From Octopus sinensis (lineage: Eukaryota), in the NCBI RefSeq assembly GCF_006345805.1, contig NC_043013.1, positions 13,206,001 through 13,270,000 of the forward strand: DNA of 64,000 nt. The letters are read 5' to 3'. The position numbers were made by a program, and so were the translations under genes. Shown here piece by piece: positions 12,415-25,950 of the stretch (its first letter is position 1; every line of letters starts with the position of its first letter). The notes under the pieces were generated by a model that saw nothing but the letters and a program-made list of their open reading frames with translations, made no database searches and was not told the origin of the DNA.

Positions 12415-13110
12415 TCAATGATAATGGTGGGGTACCTTCTTCAGAAAGTTCCATGAGGTGTGATGAGTGATCACCTTGTTATTAATATTTCTAGGGGGAT
12501 GGATGGTATTAGCTAAATTAATGTTAGTATTAGTAAATGTATCAATATTTAACAGGTTAATATTATGTGAAGAGATAATTTGTAAGAGACTTTTTGTGTT
12601 GGAAAAACCAATCCTAACCGTGTGTGAGTTGATAATAGAATAATACCTAGAATTCTTTGGAAAATTTCTAATAATAGCTTCATGAAACTGCAAAGGAAGG
12701 TTAGATTTAATTTGCCTCCCGTATAGAATAATTAACCAAATGGTTTTACTATTAGTTACCTTAATTTTAGAGTAACTATTTTTGAAAGACATAGATTTAC
12801 CTTTAGAAGGAAAATAGGGGATTAAATAAGGGTTACCCCCTTCCTCTGTTTGGTTATGGTGTATAAATTAAAATTGATATCGTTTATATCCTTACAACTA
12901 GATTTCATATCTCCATTAGCAAAGGTAGAATAAGATTGAATGGAATTAATGTATGTAACTTTCTCTGTATAACCTGCTTTAAGTAAGGCAGAGTTATAAA
13001 ATTTGGCCTTATCATTGACAATGTCGGCATTAGCAGATAACTTAGACAATCTAAATGAAATATTCTTAACTAAGTTCCTGATAATTGCCCTAGAATGATT
13101 ACTGAATTTG
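12415..13110 (-). mobile_element. Penelope-like element fragment (Naiad-type thumb/linker)
   Basis: NHSRAIIRNL...ISFRLSKLSAN...FYNSALLKAGY and IINSHTVRIGFS...IISSHN, matching the equivalent region of the 50.2-52.7 kb element. Confidence 0.65.
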
Positions 13111-13254
13111 CTAATATACTTGACAAGGGAAAAATACACACATCTATTTATATATGTGTGTGCAGTTACCACCACCCACATACACTCACACACTCAGTTA
13201 CTTCTACACACACATATATACACACAAACACATACACACATGCTATCACACACA

Positions 13255-13301
<47 letters not shown>

Positions 13302-13363
13302 GAGTGTATTTTACCTTGTTAACAATTAACACGGAAAAATAAATAAATATATATATAAAGTAA

Positions 13364-13774
13364 ACTAGCCATCTCAATATGGCTAACCACTAGGGGTGGG
13401 TGTTACTGTAGCTTTTTAGCCCCAGGAGATCATATACTTTACGACAACGTAAAGTATATAGAGATTTATTATTGCTTTCAGACCGATTTTCGAAATCAGT
13501 GACGGTGGTTACTGGGAAAATATTAAATAGATATTCGCAAACAGGTCTCTCCTCATCGAAAACCGGTGATTACCGTGTGTTGACAAGAGACAATAATCTC
13601 GAAACTGCAGTCCATGCGTATCACTTAGGTTTACGAGAGGGGATGACCTCCCTTTGCAAATATCATAAGGGCACAGAAATTGTGTCTAAAGCCAGCTGTA
13701 GACGATGATCTCCTGGGGCTAAAAAGCTACAGTAACACCCACCCCTAGTAGTTAGCCATACTGAGATGGCTAGT
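13364..13774. mobile_element. 411-bp non-coding element with 70-bp inverted arms and an internal hammerhead
   Basis: 13364-13433 is the reverse complement of 13705-13774 (2 mismatches); (TA)n tracts on both sides. Confidence 0.85.
13574..13618 (+). ncRNA. Minimal type I hammerhead ribozyme with U3:A8 covariant core; predicted cleavage after C13612
   Basis: CGTGTG-TTGACAA-GAGA caataa TCTC-GAA-AC tgca GT-C-CATGCG: stem I 6 bp, stem II 4 bp with G10.1-C11.1, palindromic stem III, GUC triplet. Confidence 0.8.
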
Positions 13775-14789
13775 ATACTTTACGTTGTCGAGCGCTTACT
13801 GTTTACATGTCGTTCAGAGATTTATTATTGCTTATATATATATATATATATATATGTAAAATGAAGGGTAATACTTGTAGCACCAGCAGGTGAAAGATGG
13901 CAGTCAAAACGACTCAAAACCACCGCTTCGACTTGTACACAAGGGTGAAATTAATACATATATGATATATGCACCCACACAACTACACCAAAGACCACTA
14001 CTTCTGGTACCATTGCTGCCGAATTCTTCCTCCAGCATTAACAGATACAAAGATCACTCACACATACATATAAACAGTTATTACCACTTACAACACATAT
14101 GCACACACACGCAGTTACCACCACCCACATACACTCACACACTCAGTTACTGCTACACACACATATACACACACAAACACATACACACATGCTATCACAC
14201 ACACACATATACTTACACACACACATATATCCCTCCTTTTACACTCTCCTGTCTTAGAAAGAACTTTTTCTCTGTCTATCTCCTTCTGGTCATTCCAAAA
14301 TGTAACTACATGTGAATTGTTGGTGATTTTTTTCTTCTGTCTTCCTTTTCTCTTGGACTTTCTCTGTCTCCTGTTTCTGAAGAAGAGCTTTGCTCAAAAT
14401 GTTAGACACCCTTTTTTTTTCTTCTGTGAGCATTTTAATAATACTTTGTATGTACCACGTTCTCATGCATTGTTGTTTTTTCTTCTGATAATGATGATGA
14501 TGATGATTACTTCATCTTGACAGATGATAGCCATCCCATCAACGCACACACAGTACCCCATCACATGGCAAAATCTTTCAATTGATGAACCCTCAGATGA
14601 CCTTTTGGGACCAGCTGCTAACTGACGGTATCAAACACAAGTGATAGATAATCAAATCTCTTTTACGCCTTTGTCCTCTGGAACCTGATTCTGAAGGAAT
14701 GTTTTTTATGAACCAGCATACGTATATTAAGTCTAGATATTATCTTACAAATTTTGTGACATGTTATACGTTGTTAAAAGTGGCCAGGG

Positions 14790-16760
14790 TTCAAGATTAT
14801 TATCTGCCTGAGTATTCCAACTTTCATGTGACTTCATATTATTTACATTTTCTGCTTTTGACAACAGAACACGATTGCACACAATACATAGCCAATATTC
14901 ACTGTTGATTTCGGTTACAATTGTTCCTTTCTGACAGAACCTTTTAAGCTCAAAGTACTGAATCATCTTTTTGTTCCAAGTCTTGCAACAGCACTTCTCC
15001 ACTTGTTCCAATCCAGAGCATCCATTTCACTTTTGGTGAAATCTCTCCAGTATTTTCATATGACGCCTCTGAGTGGTTCACATCTCACTTGAATAAAAAA
15101 AAAAGTGCAGTCAATACACATGTTTTATAGACATCGGTTTTTGTTTGCAAGGAAATACCACTATCCAATCATACTCGTTTTTCCAGTTCTCCAAATGCAA
15201 CATTTTGCCTTTCCTATTTGATAGTACATCTCTACATCAAGACCAACATCTCTTAACAGTGTGCTTCCAAAATATATAAAAGAATCAATGACTTCTAACA
15301 TTTTTCCGTTCACAAAAATGTTTGATTCAGAATATATTTGTCCTGGAGCGGGAGCAAACACTACTTTGATTTTCCCAAGACTAATTGTGAAACCGAAAAG
15401 TGCATATGTAGTGGAAGATCTGTCTGTTATTTGTCGAATATCCTCCTCTGAGTGTCCCAACAAATCAGCACCAACAGCGTAAAACAATTCTCTAACAAGT
15501 GTTTTAGAAGTCTTTGCTTTGCATTTAGATCAGGTCAAATTATAAATGTGACTAGATATCCGAAATCCGATTCTAATTCCCCTGTTGCAATCTTTGAAGG
15601 AATACCAAATCAATGTAGCAACACACATAGAGAAGCCTCAAGGAACAGGAATGTTGCCCTGTTTGACACCGTTCTTCACTGAAAATTCACAAGATAGCTC
15701 CCCATTAAAGACCACCTTTCACATTTCTATGTAGTTCCTTATAGATTCATACAAAATGTGTTGGGCAACCAAGTTTGCACAAAACGATCTACAGAGCCTC
15801 TCTGTTTATTGTGGCAAATGCCTTGGTTAAATCTATGAAGACCTGGTATAGTGGCATTTGTTCCCCTATGCATTTCTCCTGAACCTGCCTCACAGAAAAT
15901 ATCATTTCCGTTGTTCCTTGCTCAGGTCTGAAACCACACTGTTCCTCGGAAATTGCATGGTGACACACATTTTCAATGTGACGATTTAACATGATCCTTG
16001 GAAGTATCTACCCAGTATGTTCCAGTGGGGTTATCCCTTTAGAATTACTACACACTGATTTTGGGCCCTTATTCTTAATAGGCTATGAATTTCTGATGAA
16101 ATATGATTCCCACCAATCCAGGAACTTTACCTGATTTCAATTTATACAATGCCAGATTTACTTCTGTTGAAAGTGTTTTAGTCATGTGCTACACTAGCTC
16201 TCTTTGTGGAATGTTATTTATGACATCCATGTTTACCACAGAAGGACTGTGGAAAAGATCTGCAAAGCATTCTCTCCATCTACTCATTATTTCAGGAGGA
16301 TCTTTAACATCATTTCCATTTTTTGACTTCAAGGGAATTCTTCTCTGGGCTTTCAATAAATGCAACAGAAGCAAGTTTGAAGCAAATATTAGCCATTTTT
16401 CATACTTTCTAGGAGCAAGGAATTAGGAAACAACATCTGCTATCAGAGGACAAAAATCATGTTATACAGTGTTATTATTGGTATAAATGTGAATTTATAA
16501 TCTGGATATAGAAGCTAGAGGCTTCGAAGCAGTTGTCCATAATTATTTGTTTCTCCTTAATTTTCAGAGTGATATTCATGTCAGCAGAACAACTGACTTT
16601 TCTATGATGGAACATACTTTTTCCTGTCTGAGCCAAACGAATAAATGTATACACCACAGGCTTCAGAACAGTTTCTGTCTACCAAATCCATTAACAAGGC
16701 GTTGGTTGCCACCTGGGCTTTAGTAGTTGTCACTTGCCCAAGGTACCATTTGTGTGTGTC
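14790..16760 (-). mobile_element. Decayed RTE LINE (APE endonuclease, RT, C-terminal Cys/His motif)
   Basis: EQCGFRPEQGTTEMIFSVRQVQEKC...FIDLTKAF; FIYFGSTL; CIVCNRVLLSKA...KSH; multiple stops and deletions. Confidence 0.85.
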
Positions 16761-17092
16761 TCTGCATGATTGTGTGATTATGTGTCTGTATAGCAATTCA
16801 TTGGTGTTCCTTTTTCTAATGCCTGTGAACATTAAAACCTCCCCCACCAACACATTCAGTAGATCTCAGTCCTTATTCTTATATTCTTTCTTCTTCTCCC
16901 TCCCTCTTTCCACCTCTCCCTCTTTCTCTCCCACTCTCTTCCCCTTCTCTCTTTGTCTCTCTTTGCTCCCCCTCCTTTGCCACTTTGCTGTACTTTTTTG
17001 TGTGTCATAACAAATAAAACGTGCATTATTATATTGTTAGATTACAATGATGTTGATATGTATAACAGATAAAATATTGATTTAACTTCTAG

Positions 17093-17267
17093 GGATCATG
17101 GCCTGCAAATTATGAGATAAAAGATGATATTGACTCAACAACATCTGCTTTGGATCCTAATCATTCACATTTTATCCTTGTTGATGATTGCACCCAAGAA
17201 ATTCCTGGAGTAGAAGCTAAGTTCAGAAAAAAGTTAGAATATACTATTTCACAAAAGAGAATCCCAG
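17093..17267 (+). CDS. TRPM-family channel exon D (GSWPANY...LDPNHSHFILVDD...GVEAKFRKKLE...)
   Basis: cttctag acceptor, G|gtaagt donor, 175 nt (phase 0 to 1); hallmark LDPNHSHFILVDD motif. Confidence 0.96.
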
Positions 17268-18239
17268 GTAAGTTGTTATTGCAAAGAAATCTAAACATAA
17301 TCTATAGAGTTGAGATGAAATGTTAAAAATAACTTGTTAAATTTACACATGCGTCTTACGAAATTTCTCTTTTTAATAGGGAACAAGTCTTTTATAAGTC
17401 ATAGTTAAGTTAATGGTAATACATTTCTATCGAGACAATTCTATTTGTCTATGCCATCCAATCCACCTTTACTCAACGATACTCCTATCACGATTTTGAC
17501 AAGTACAGTGATGTCGGTGCTTGGCTAATGAGGTCACAATAAGTTTGAAACATGACTGGATTTTCTCTTTGAAGTTTTATTCTCTACATTGTTCTCATCA
17601 TTATGTTTTCTCCAAATGTATTCTTCATTTTTATAAATATTTTATATAATCTTTTATGGAATACTGTTTTTACATTTGGGCTGGTGTCCTGGTTGCTATC
17701 CTTCCTCTCTGTTCAAGTTGTATATAGAATTATAACTCTATCGAATAGATACGTACAAGCAAATATAAACATGCCTATACATATGTACAGGCACAACCAA
17801 TCATATAAACACATATACACACACATTTATATGTATAATCTTCATATAAATATATATGTGTAGATGTTTATCCATCTACACATATATATGTCTCTATTTT
17901 CACAGACAACGGTTAAACTCAAAACCATTTTTTCTCATTTCTTTTGTATTTTACATAGACATATACATCTATATGTGTATACAAACATACATACCCATAT
18001 GCACATGCATATACACAGTCATACACATACATACATGAGTATGTATGCGTGTATGAATGTTTATATGCATGTAATTTGGGTATTGTGTATATATATGTAT
18101 ATTATATATATGTGTGTGTGTGTGTATGTCTATGTACTATATGAAAATAAAAGGAAAAAGAAAAGTTTACATGTACATACACATATACACACATGCAGAC
18201 ACGTCTACACATGTAAATACTCAAATACATATGTACATA

Positions 18240-18452
18240 CGTACATATGTACATACATACATACATAAATACATACATACATACATACATACATACATAC
18301 ATACATACATGTGTATATGCATGCATACGCATGTACACATGCATACTTACATACATGTATGCATACATACATACATACACACATACACACATACATACAT
18401 ACATACATACATACATACATACATACATACATACATACATACATACATACAT
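18240..18452. repeat. (TACA)n compound microsatellite
   Basis: Direct reading. Confidence 0.95.
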
Positions 18453-18578
18453 AGCAGCTGTCTACTTTTCATGCAGAGTTTGACCACCTCCTGTACCTAC
18501 GCTTTAGAACCATCATGGCATCTGATGTGGCTTTTTAAACCAGACAATATTTTGAAAAGCCATTCACATAGATTGCAT

Positions 18579-21560
18579 ATCTGATTTAGACCACCAAGAG
18601 CTGCAGTTAAGTTCTGATCTTTGTGGATCTTAAAATGTCTTATGAGGCCTCCGTTAGATTTGCAAACCTCCTAGCATACATTGCATTGGAAGGTGTGCAC
18701 AGACATACAGGCAAAATAGCTGGTGGAGATTTGCTTTCCATGGATTCACAAATGATATTTGAGCCCAACGAAAGAAAGGCATTATCTGTCACATACTGTA
18801 CACACAAAATATTGTGATTCATCTTCTCGATTGTAACATTCTTCTTTAAATTTCTCTTGAGTATTGCATGCGTTATTCTGGCCTCTTCAAACGCTTTCAC
18901 TCCACTCTACACTTTTGTTCGCCATCCAGCTCAATCCAAAGCAAAGGTTTCTGTGTCATCTGGATCCATTCCAAGTGACTTCATGGTAGTCATTATGCCA
19001 TCCTTAAACCTCTTTTTAGGTTTACACCAATAGCGTTTCTCCTCTTCAAGCTCACCATAAAATAGCTGTTTGGATGTGCATTCATCTGCAATTTGAACAA
19101 TATGGCCACACAATCTCATTTGATTTTTCAGAATCATTGCTTTAATTGGGATGATACCTGCAGACTCAAGAACATCTGTGTTTAGAGTAAAAGAACTCCA
19201 TTTAATGTTTAAAATGCGATGAAAGCTTTTTTGGTGGAATTGTTCTAACAATTTGAAATGCCTTCCATAAAATGTCCATATTTTAGAGGAATGCAACAGG
19301 GATGCTAAGGCAAAGGATTTGTAAAGAGCCAATTTTGTATTGTTATTTATATGCCGTTGGCACCAAATGTGTGACTCCAAGCCATCAAATGCTTGTGCTG
19401 CCCTTTGAATACACAGATGTATTTCTGTGTCCAGATTTCCATCATTTTGTACAGAGCTTCCAAGGTAGATGAAAGGTTCAACAACCTCAAATAACTTACC
19501 TTTAACAAAAAATTTAATGGTGTTGCACCACTTGCAAGTTGATTCATTACGACTGTTAATTCTTTTTCAAGTTGATGGTCAAGCCAAAATCATCAAAAGC
19601 CAAGTCAAATGCAGATACAAGAGACTGTAGACCTGATTCAGAATCACTGACGAGATCGCAATCGTCAGCAAACAAAAGTTCCCTAATGAGTGAAGTAAAA
19701 AAAACCTTCGTTTTGAATTTCAGTCTGGTCAGATTAAAAACATTCCCTGTTGTTTGATATTTTATGTAGATATCCTCCTAGGTGTTTTGAAAAGTGTGTG
19801 ACAACACAACAACAAAGTGTATTGCAAAGAGGGTGGGTGCATCAAGGTCTACTTGCTTTGCTCCTTTTTCCACAGCAAATCTGATTTAGACCACCAAGAG
19901 CTGCAGTTAAGTTCTGATCTTTGTGGATCTTAAAATGTCTTTTGAGGCCTCCGTTAGATTTGCAAACCTCCTGGCATACATTGCATTGGAAGGTGTGCAC
20001 AGACATACAGGCAAAATAGCTGGTGGAGATTTGCTTTCCATGGATTCACAAATGATATTTGAGCCCAACGAAAGAAAGGCATTATCTGTCACATACTGTA
20101 CACACAAAATATCACTCTAGCTGTCATATCTTGATGCAAAGCCCTGACCATGTTAACAAATTTTTCTGGGCAACCTATTTTCCTTAGAATTAGCCACAGA
20201 GCATTTCGATTAACAGTATTGAATGCTTTGCTTCAATCAACAAAGCAATGGTATAGGGCAAGATTCTGTTCAATGCACTTTTCCTAAAATTGTTTGATAG
20301 TAAAGATACAATCAACTGTTCTCCTGGAGGAGTGAAAAATCACATTAAGAATCAGACACCTTATTTGGAACTATGAAGGTATTTAAACGTTCTAACAGAT
20401 CGCGGGCAAGTACCTTTCCAGCCACAAACAAAAGCTAAATCCCACGAAAATTACCACACAGATCCTTTGGCCCCGATTTATACAAGGAAACTAAAATGGC
20501 ATCAATCCAGTCTTGAGGCATTTTCTTAGTTCTCCAACATTGACTAATTAATATAGTTAAGAGTACAAACATTTTGTCACCCCCATATTTCAAGACCTCT
20601 GCACAGATTACATCAGACCCTAGAGACTTATTGCTATTAAGCTTATTCACAGCTACATAAACGTCATTCAGAGTTGGTTCAAACGCCATCTCTTCTATAG
20701 CTAGGTGTTCAAATGTTTCTATCATCTTCATGTCATCAGATGACGGTCTATTCAAAAGTGCAGAAAAATGTTCCACCCAGCACTTATGAATAGAAGCTGT
20801 GTCAGTCAGAAACAAACGTCCATTTGCTGTTCTCACTGGAGCTATTGAAGAGGATTTGGGGCTGTATAGTTCCTTGGCATAAGAGTTCAAACCCATGGCA
20901 TCATTTCTATAAGCTGCTTCTTTTACTCTATCATTCCACCATTCCTGTTTAATTTTCCTTGGAGCAGTCAGCACTTTGCCTTTCAGCTTTTGGTAAGCTT
21001 TGTTTGAGTTGGGGTTCAAGGACTGAGAAAGAAGTGTATTGCCTAAGTTTTGTTTTTCGAAAAGTAGGTCATGAATTTCTGTTGATTTTATCTGAGAACT
21101 AGTCACTGGACGTTCGCGATTTAAATCCCACTGATGAACTTGCAGCCTGAAATACTTTTGTTTCTAAATCTTCCCATAGATTGTTTTGAAGTTTGCAACA
21201 TTTAACTTTTTGCATACCATAGGACCAAGCAGTCAACTTTTAGGCATTATCAAAAAAATTATTTTTCCACACACTAGATAATGGTTAGTCCAACCCTCTG
21301 CTCCTCTCATGACCCAAACACTAGAAACATCTTTCATTCACATTTTCTTATCAAAATATAATCTATGAGATGCCAGTGCTTAGATCCTGGTTTTATATTT
21401 ATTTTTCTGCTTAAACAGATTGTTGGTAACAACCAGATTATTCTCAGTTCAAAACGTCAAAAGAGCTACTCAATTTTTATTATATTTTTTAATCCCATGT
21501 TCACCTAAAACAAGCTATGAAACGTAGTCATTTCTAACTCTTGCATTGATATAAACATAT
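18579..21560 (-). mobile_element. Decayed RTE LINE with a displaced duplicate of its own 3' end
   Basis: EN C-terminus, WVEHFSALLNRPS, NFRGI, LRKIGCPEKFVNMVRALH, RELLFADDC, LFYGEL and a terminal CxxC..HxxxH; 18579-18810 recurs at 19879-20110. Confidence 0.88.
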
Positions 21561-23505
21561 TTACACATATTTGTTGGATGGCCATTTACAGCTTATGAGT
21601 TCCTCCGCCTTCTAACAGGTCTTATTTTTCATCCCGCAGGTTGTCCAACAATCATCCTACAAGCTTGGTGGGGTTGCCAGTTTAGTCACCGACGACCCAA
21701 CCATGCAACAGATTTTAATGGGTTACATGTTACCAGTAGCACTCAAGTGTGATCTGACATATATACATACGTAAACACACATATATATCATAAACTGCTA
21801 CTTTCTCAGATGCAGCACAAAGTTTTGTCAGTGAACAGGTCGCGGGTTCAAAGCAATGAAAATATTTGGACACAAGTTAAATTTAATTGTTGAAGTGAAA
21901 CTAACGGTTTTTGTATGTTCTTGAATGGCTTAGAAACATCTTGCATGCTGAAATTGTTTTTGTTTCAGCACATGATCTCAGATCAAGTCCCTTGCTATGC
22001 AATTACATCTCCGTAATTAAAGACTTTAATTTTGGTTTAAAGTGATGCTGAATTAAGGCATGAATTTCATTGTTACTTTTTTATTTTGGGATCGCTGGTT
22101 GGGTCTGATGGAAGTCACTTGACAACAACACAGCTACTCTGCCTTTTGGAAATCTATCGTCATACTATCCTTCATTGATTTGCCTAGAGCTTCCAAAGCT
22201 CATTCTTTTACCATTGTGTAATAATCCAAGACTACCATTTGATCTCTCTTAAGAACTTGTCTGATTCTCAAACTCATGACAATGTGATACAGGGGTACAT
22301 CAAGACCAAGAAGAGTTTGAAAACAGAATTCGCTAAAATACAGCAGAAATGGCTGTAGCATTATATTGATAGACACTCTTTATTGTAGTAGGGGTTTGCA
22401 TGGCTCATTAACTCTGAGGCCAATGCAGACGGTATCTAGCACTCTTGTCAGACCGCCCATGGTGATAAATTTAAAAATTGAACCCAGACAGAATATAACC
22501 AAACTTTTCAAGATCCCTGTCACAGAGTAAGCAGATATAGACAACAACAATAGTTAATTACAATAGTATTTGAACTGGAGAAGGTGGACAATGGCAGATG
22601 AACTGGCTAAGCTTGTACTACTCAGAACTAGAACTGAGTTATTGGGAACCTGATATTGCCCTTGGTAGTGGAGTTTTACTGTATTCCATGGTAAAGTTAA
22701 TATTATTGTTTATGCTGTTGAGTAGATTTTTGAAATCTGTAAGTTGTTCAAATGTGTGCGTCTTGATAATAGATAAACATGTTCCCTAAACCACGCCGGC
22801 CCTCTTTTTAGGTGCAAAATATACTGTCACTTGACACTAAAGCACGGACGTAATGGGAAACATACAAAAGGTTATAAACTTAATCATGTGTTCATTCCCT
22901 ACAAACATTTAGCAGAAAACATTTAGAGCATTGATTGTTTGGATTCGTTCAGTCAACAGTATCAGCCTTAACTTACAAACACTAGTCAGAAGCAAGGCAG
23001 CTGCAACATTGTCCTTGTATCATGCTAAAAGCCTCCTATAAATTTCAGTACCTGGCACACCTTCAAAGTTTTGTTTCATTAACTTTATATATAGTTTAGA
23101 CGGTAATGACAATTGTCGTTATAAAATATTTATATATCCATAATTGTTATATAAATCAAACGCTGGAGTTGGGTTTTTTTATATATATTTTTCTTATTTT
23201 GAACGGCTTGGCGTTCAAGTAATTTCCTCCTAGCATTATTTAATTATTTGTTCCTGTCTGGGCTATTAAAGGTGTTTATAAATACTTTTTGTTTCTGGTA
23301 CATATTTATTCCAATAAGTAATTCCTGAAGAAAAGCCTAATTCTGATTTCAAAAAGGACTTTTTCATTTTTGTTTTTGGAATTAATTAGGACTGGAAACA
23401 ATTTGTAGAATTTTTATTGGATTTGTACCAATTTTAGATTAAAGATTAAAAGATTGTCTACGCCTATATTTTTTTCCTTTCCTTATACTTTATTTATTGA
23501 TTATA

Positions 23506-24665
23506 CGGATCTTTTCATTTTCAAGGCCTGATTTGTCAAATTTTTCCTACTTAACCAAACAATTTGAAACTTCGTATACTGGTAGAATGTGTCAAAAGAA
23601 AACATAATTGTAAACCAGAATGAAAACGAAATTGTAATTTCTAAGTTTAACGTTGTTTAATAATTAGAATTTTAACCAATGGTATTCGGTCTTTCGGCTT
23701 CATATTATTTACTCCGTCTCAATAGACGTAAATGGCTATTTTGCTGACGTAGTTAACATACGTGAAATGTAAACACCCGGTTACCATATTCCTTTCGTTT
23801 TTATTCACATTTTTTAAATATATTATTAACTAACATATATATTAAACTTATATATTATATAACTAACTTAGTTTTTGTAAATTTCTGTATATTTTTTGTG
23901 ATTTTCATTCCTTACTTTATTCGTGTAACTTTTATTTCTGTAACTTTTTATCTTTGGCAATCTTTCGTTTGTAGTAGACCTTTCCGTGATAACTGAAATT
24001 TTTTACTCGGTGTATGTGTATATGTATGTATGCATGTATGTGTGTGTGTGTGTATGTATCTATGTATGTGTGTGTGTGTATGTATGTGTATGTATATGTG
24101 TGTATGTATGTGTGTATGTATGTATGTATGTATGGCCGATTCAGTGTTTACATTATTTCGAGTTAAAACGAAAGATTACCTTTGCTATGTAGAAAATAAT
24201 GAGGTTGACTCAATGGAATAATGACAGTGATCGAAGATATAGACAAAATTTTTTTTGGTAATCTTTCGTTTTAACTCGAAATAATGTAAACACTGAATCG
24301 GCCATACATACATACATACACACACATACATACACACACACACACACACATATATGCATACATACATATACACATACACCGAAAACACACAAAACACAGA
24401 CCTACGCACAGCTGTCTACGTCACAAAATAGCTTTCTACGTCACACTAAGATAATGCAGTTAATTATTTCAAATGAAAACAAACAATACGATTGGTTAAA
24501 ATTCACAGATTTAATCTACGCTTAAAGTTATAAAATACATTTTTCTCAAATAAACAAGTTGAAACTAGTGTTTTCTTTTGAGACACTCTACCAGTATACG
24601 AAGTTTCAAATTATTTAGTTAACTAGAAAAATCTGACAATCAGGCCTTGAAAATGAAAAGATCCG
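23506..24665. mobile_element. Fold-back/MITE-like element with ~100-bp outer and ~120-170-bp inner inverted repeats
   Basis: 23506-23604 pairs with 24569-24665; 24010-24181 pairs with 24258-24380. Confidence 0.8.
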
Positions 24666-24764
24666 ATTATACCAATACTGAATATATTGTTTTTATATAT
24701 TCTTTGCTTGGATTGTACTGGTGGACTCGGATGTTTAACATCCCTTTGAAGGGTTTTGGTCCTT

Positions 24765-25150
24765 AGGCGTAGGAGTGGCTGTGTGGTAAGTAGCTTGCTT
24801 ATGAATCACATGGTTCCAGGTTCAGTCCCACTGCGTGGCACCTTGGCCAAGTGTCTTCTACTATAGCCTTGGGCCAACCAAAGCCTTATGAGTGGATTTG
24901 ATAGACGGAAACTGAAAGAAGCTCGTCATATATATGTATATATGTAAGTGTGTTTGTGTTTGTCCCCCAAACTTCGCTTGACAACTGATGCTGTTTATGT
25001 CCCTGTAACTTAGCAGTTCAGCAAAAGACACCGATAGAATAAGTACTAGGCTTACAAAGAATAAGTCCTGGGGTCGATTTGCTCGACCAAAGGCGATGCT
25101 CCAGCATGGCCACAGTCAAATGATTGAAGCAAGTAAATGAGTAAAAGAAT
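24765..25150 (+). mobile_element. tRNA-derived SINE family A with internal microsatellite
   Basis: A box tggctgtgtgg, B box ggttcagtcc, LINE-like tail ccagcatggccacagtcaaatgattg; same family as 54545 and 60393. Confidence 0.85.
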
Positions 25151-25689
25151 ATATGTATATATGTGTGTATGTGTGTGTGTGCGCGCATTTGTGTGTTTGT
25201 GTTGATGGAACCTAAGGAAAAGAGAAAGTCCTAGTAAATTGTACGACAAAGTGGGGGAAATATGACCTCCAGTTTTTGAGATTCACAGGGGAGATGAGAA
25301 AGGACTTTGATGTTTGGTACTTTGGGCTTCAGAGGACCTGTTAACTAAGTAAAAATTTGAGGCCCTAAAGGCATAATTATTTATGTCTATATCCCTGCAC
25401 ACAGTCTGTGTCCCTGATGAAGCTCTCACCTATACTCCTCTCTCCACCCAGGTTCACCTCTCATTGCATTCCTCTCCCCTCTATCTTCTACTCTCCTTTC
25501 ACACTCTCACACTTACCTACCCACTCACCCTATTCAATCTCTGTACCAGTTCCTATATATACACCTCCCTGTAATTTGACGGAATGCCCCAACACATCTT
25601 CTTCACCCTCTCCTCTCTCCCTCTGCTTCCACCTGGAGTAGCATTGTATCTCCTCTACTGCAACATACCTGTTTCTATCCCATCATTCA

Positions 25690-25950
25690 TCATCACCTGG
25701 CACAAAGCCACCTCACTTAACACTGGTCTTGTTGAGTGGTATTGTCCTGCAAGTTACTTGGTCACCTCACTAGTGTTGGTGCCACAAAAATCACACTGAA
25801 CTCTGTAAAGTAGTTGGTATTAAGAAGAGCATCCAGCTGTAGAAACCCTGCCAAAAGAAATAGTTGGGCTTGACATGATCTTCTGTCTTACCAGTTCCTG
25901 TCAAACCATCCAATCCATGCCAAGTGGCTAGAAGACATTAAATGATGATG
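25690..25950 (+). mobile_element. RTE-type 3' tail element
   Basis: Similar to 2295-2525; ends in cattaaatgatgatg. Confidence 0.6.

Noticed and set aside
17603-18584. Several long YIHT/MYVC-repeat ORFs
   Set aside because: Artefacts of (TACA)n/(CA)n repeats; the same applies to the IY-repeat ORFs at 32.6-35.9 kb and 37.9-38.4 kb.
18579-20110. 232-bp direct repeats as LTRs of an LTR retrotransposon
   Set aside because: The repeat is the RTE zinc-finger/3' end, there is no TG..CA, PBS or PPT, and the interior is LINE RT.
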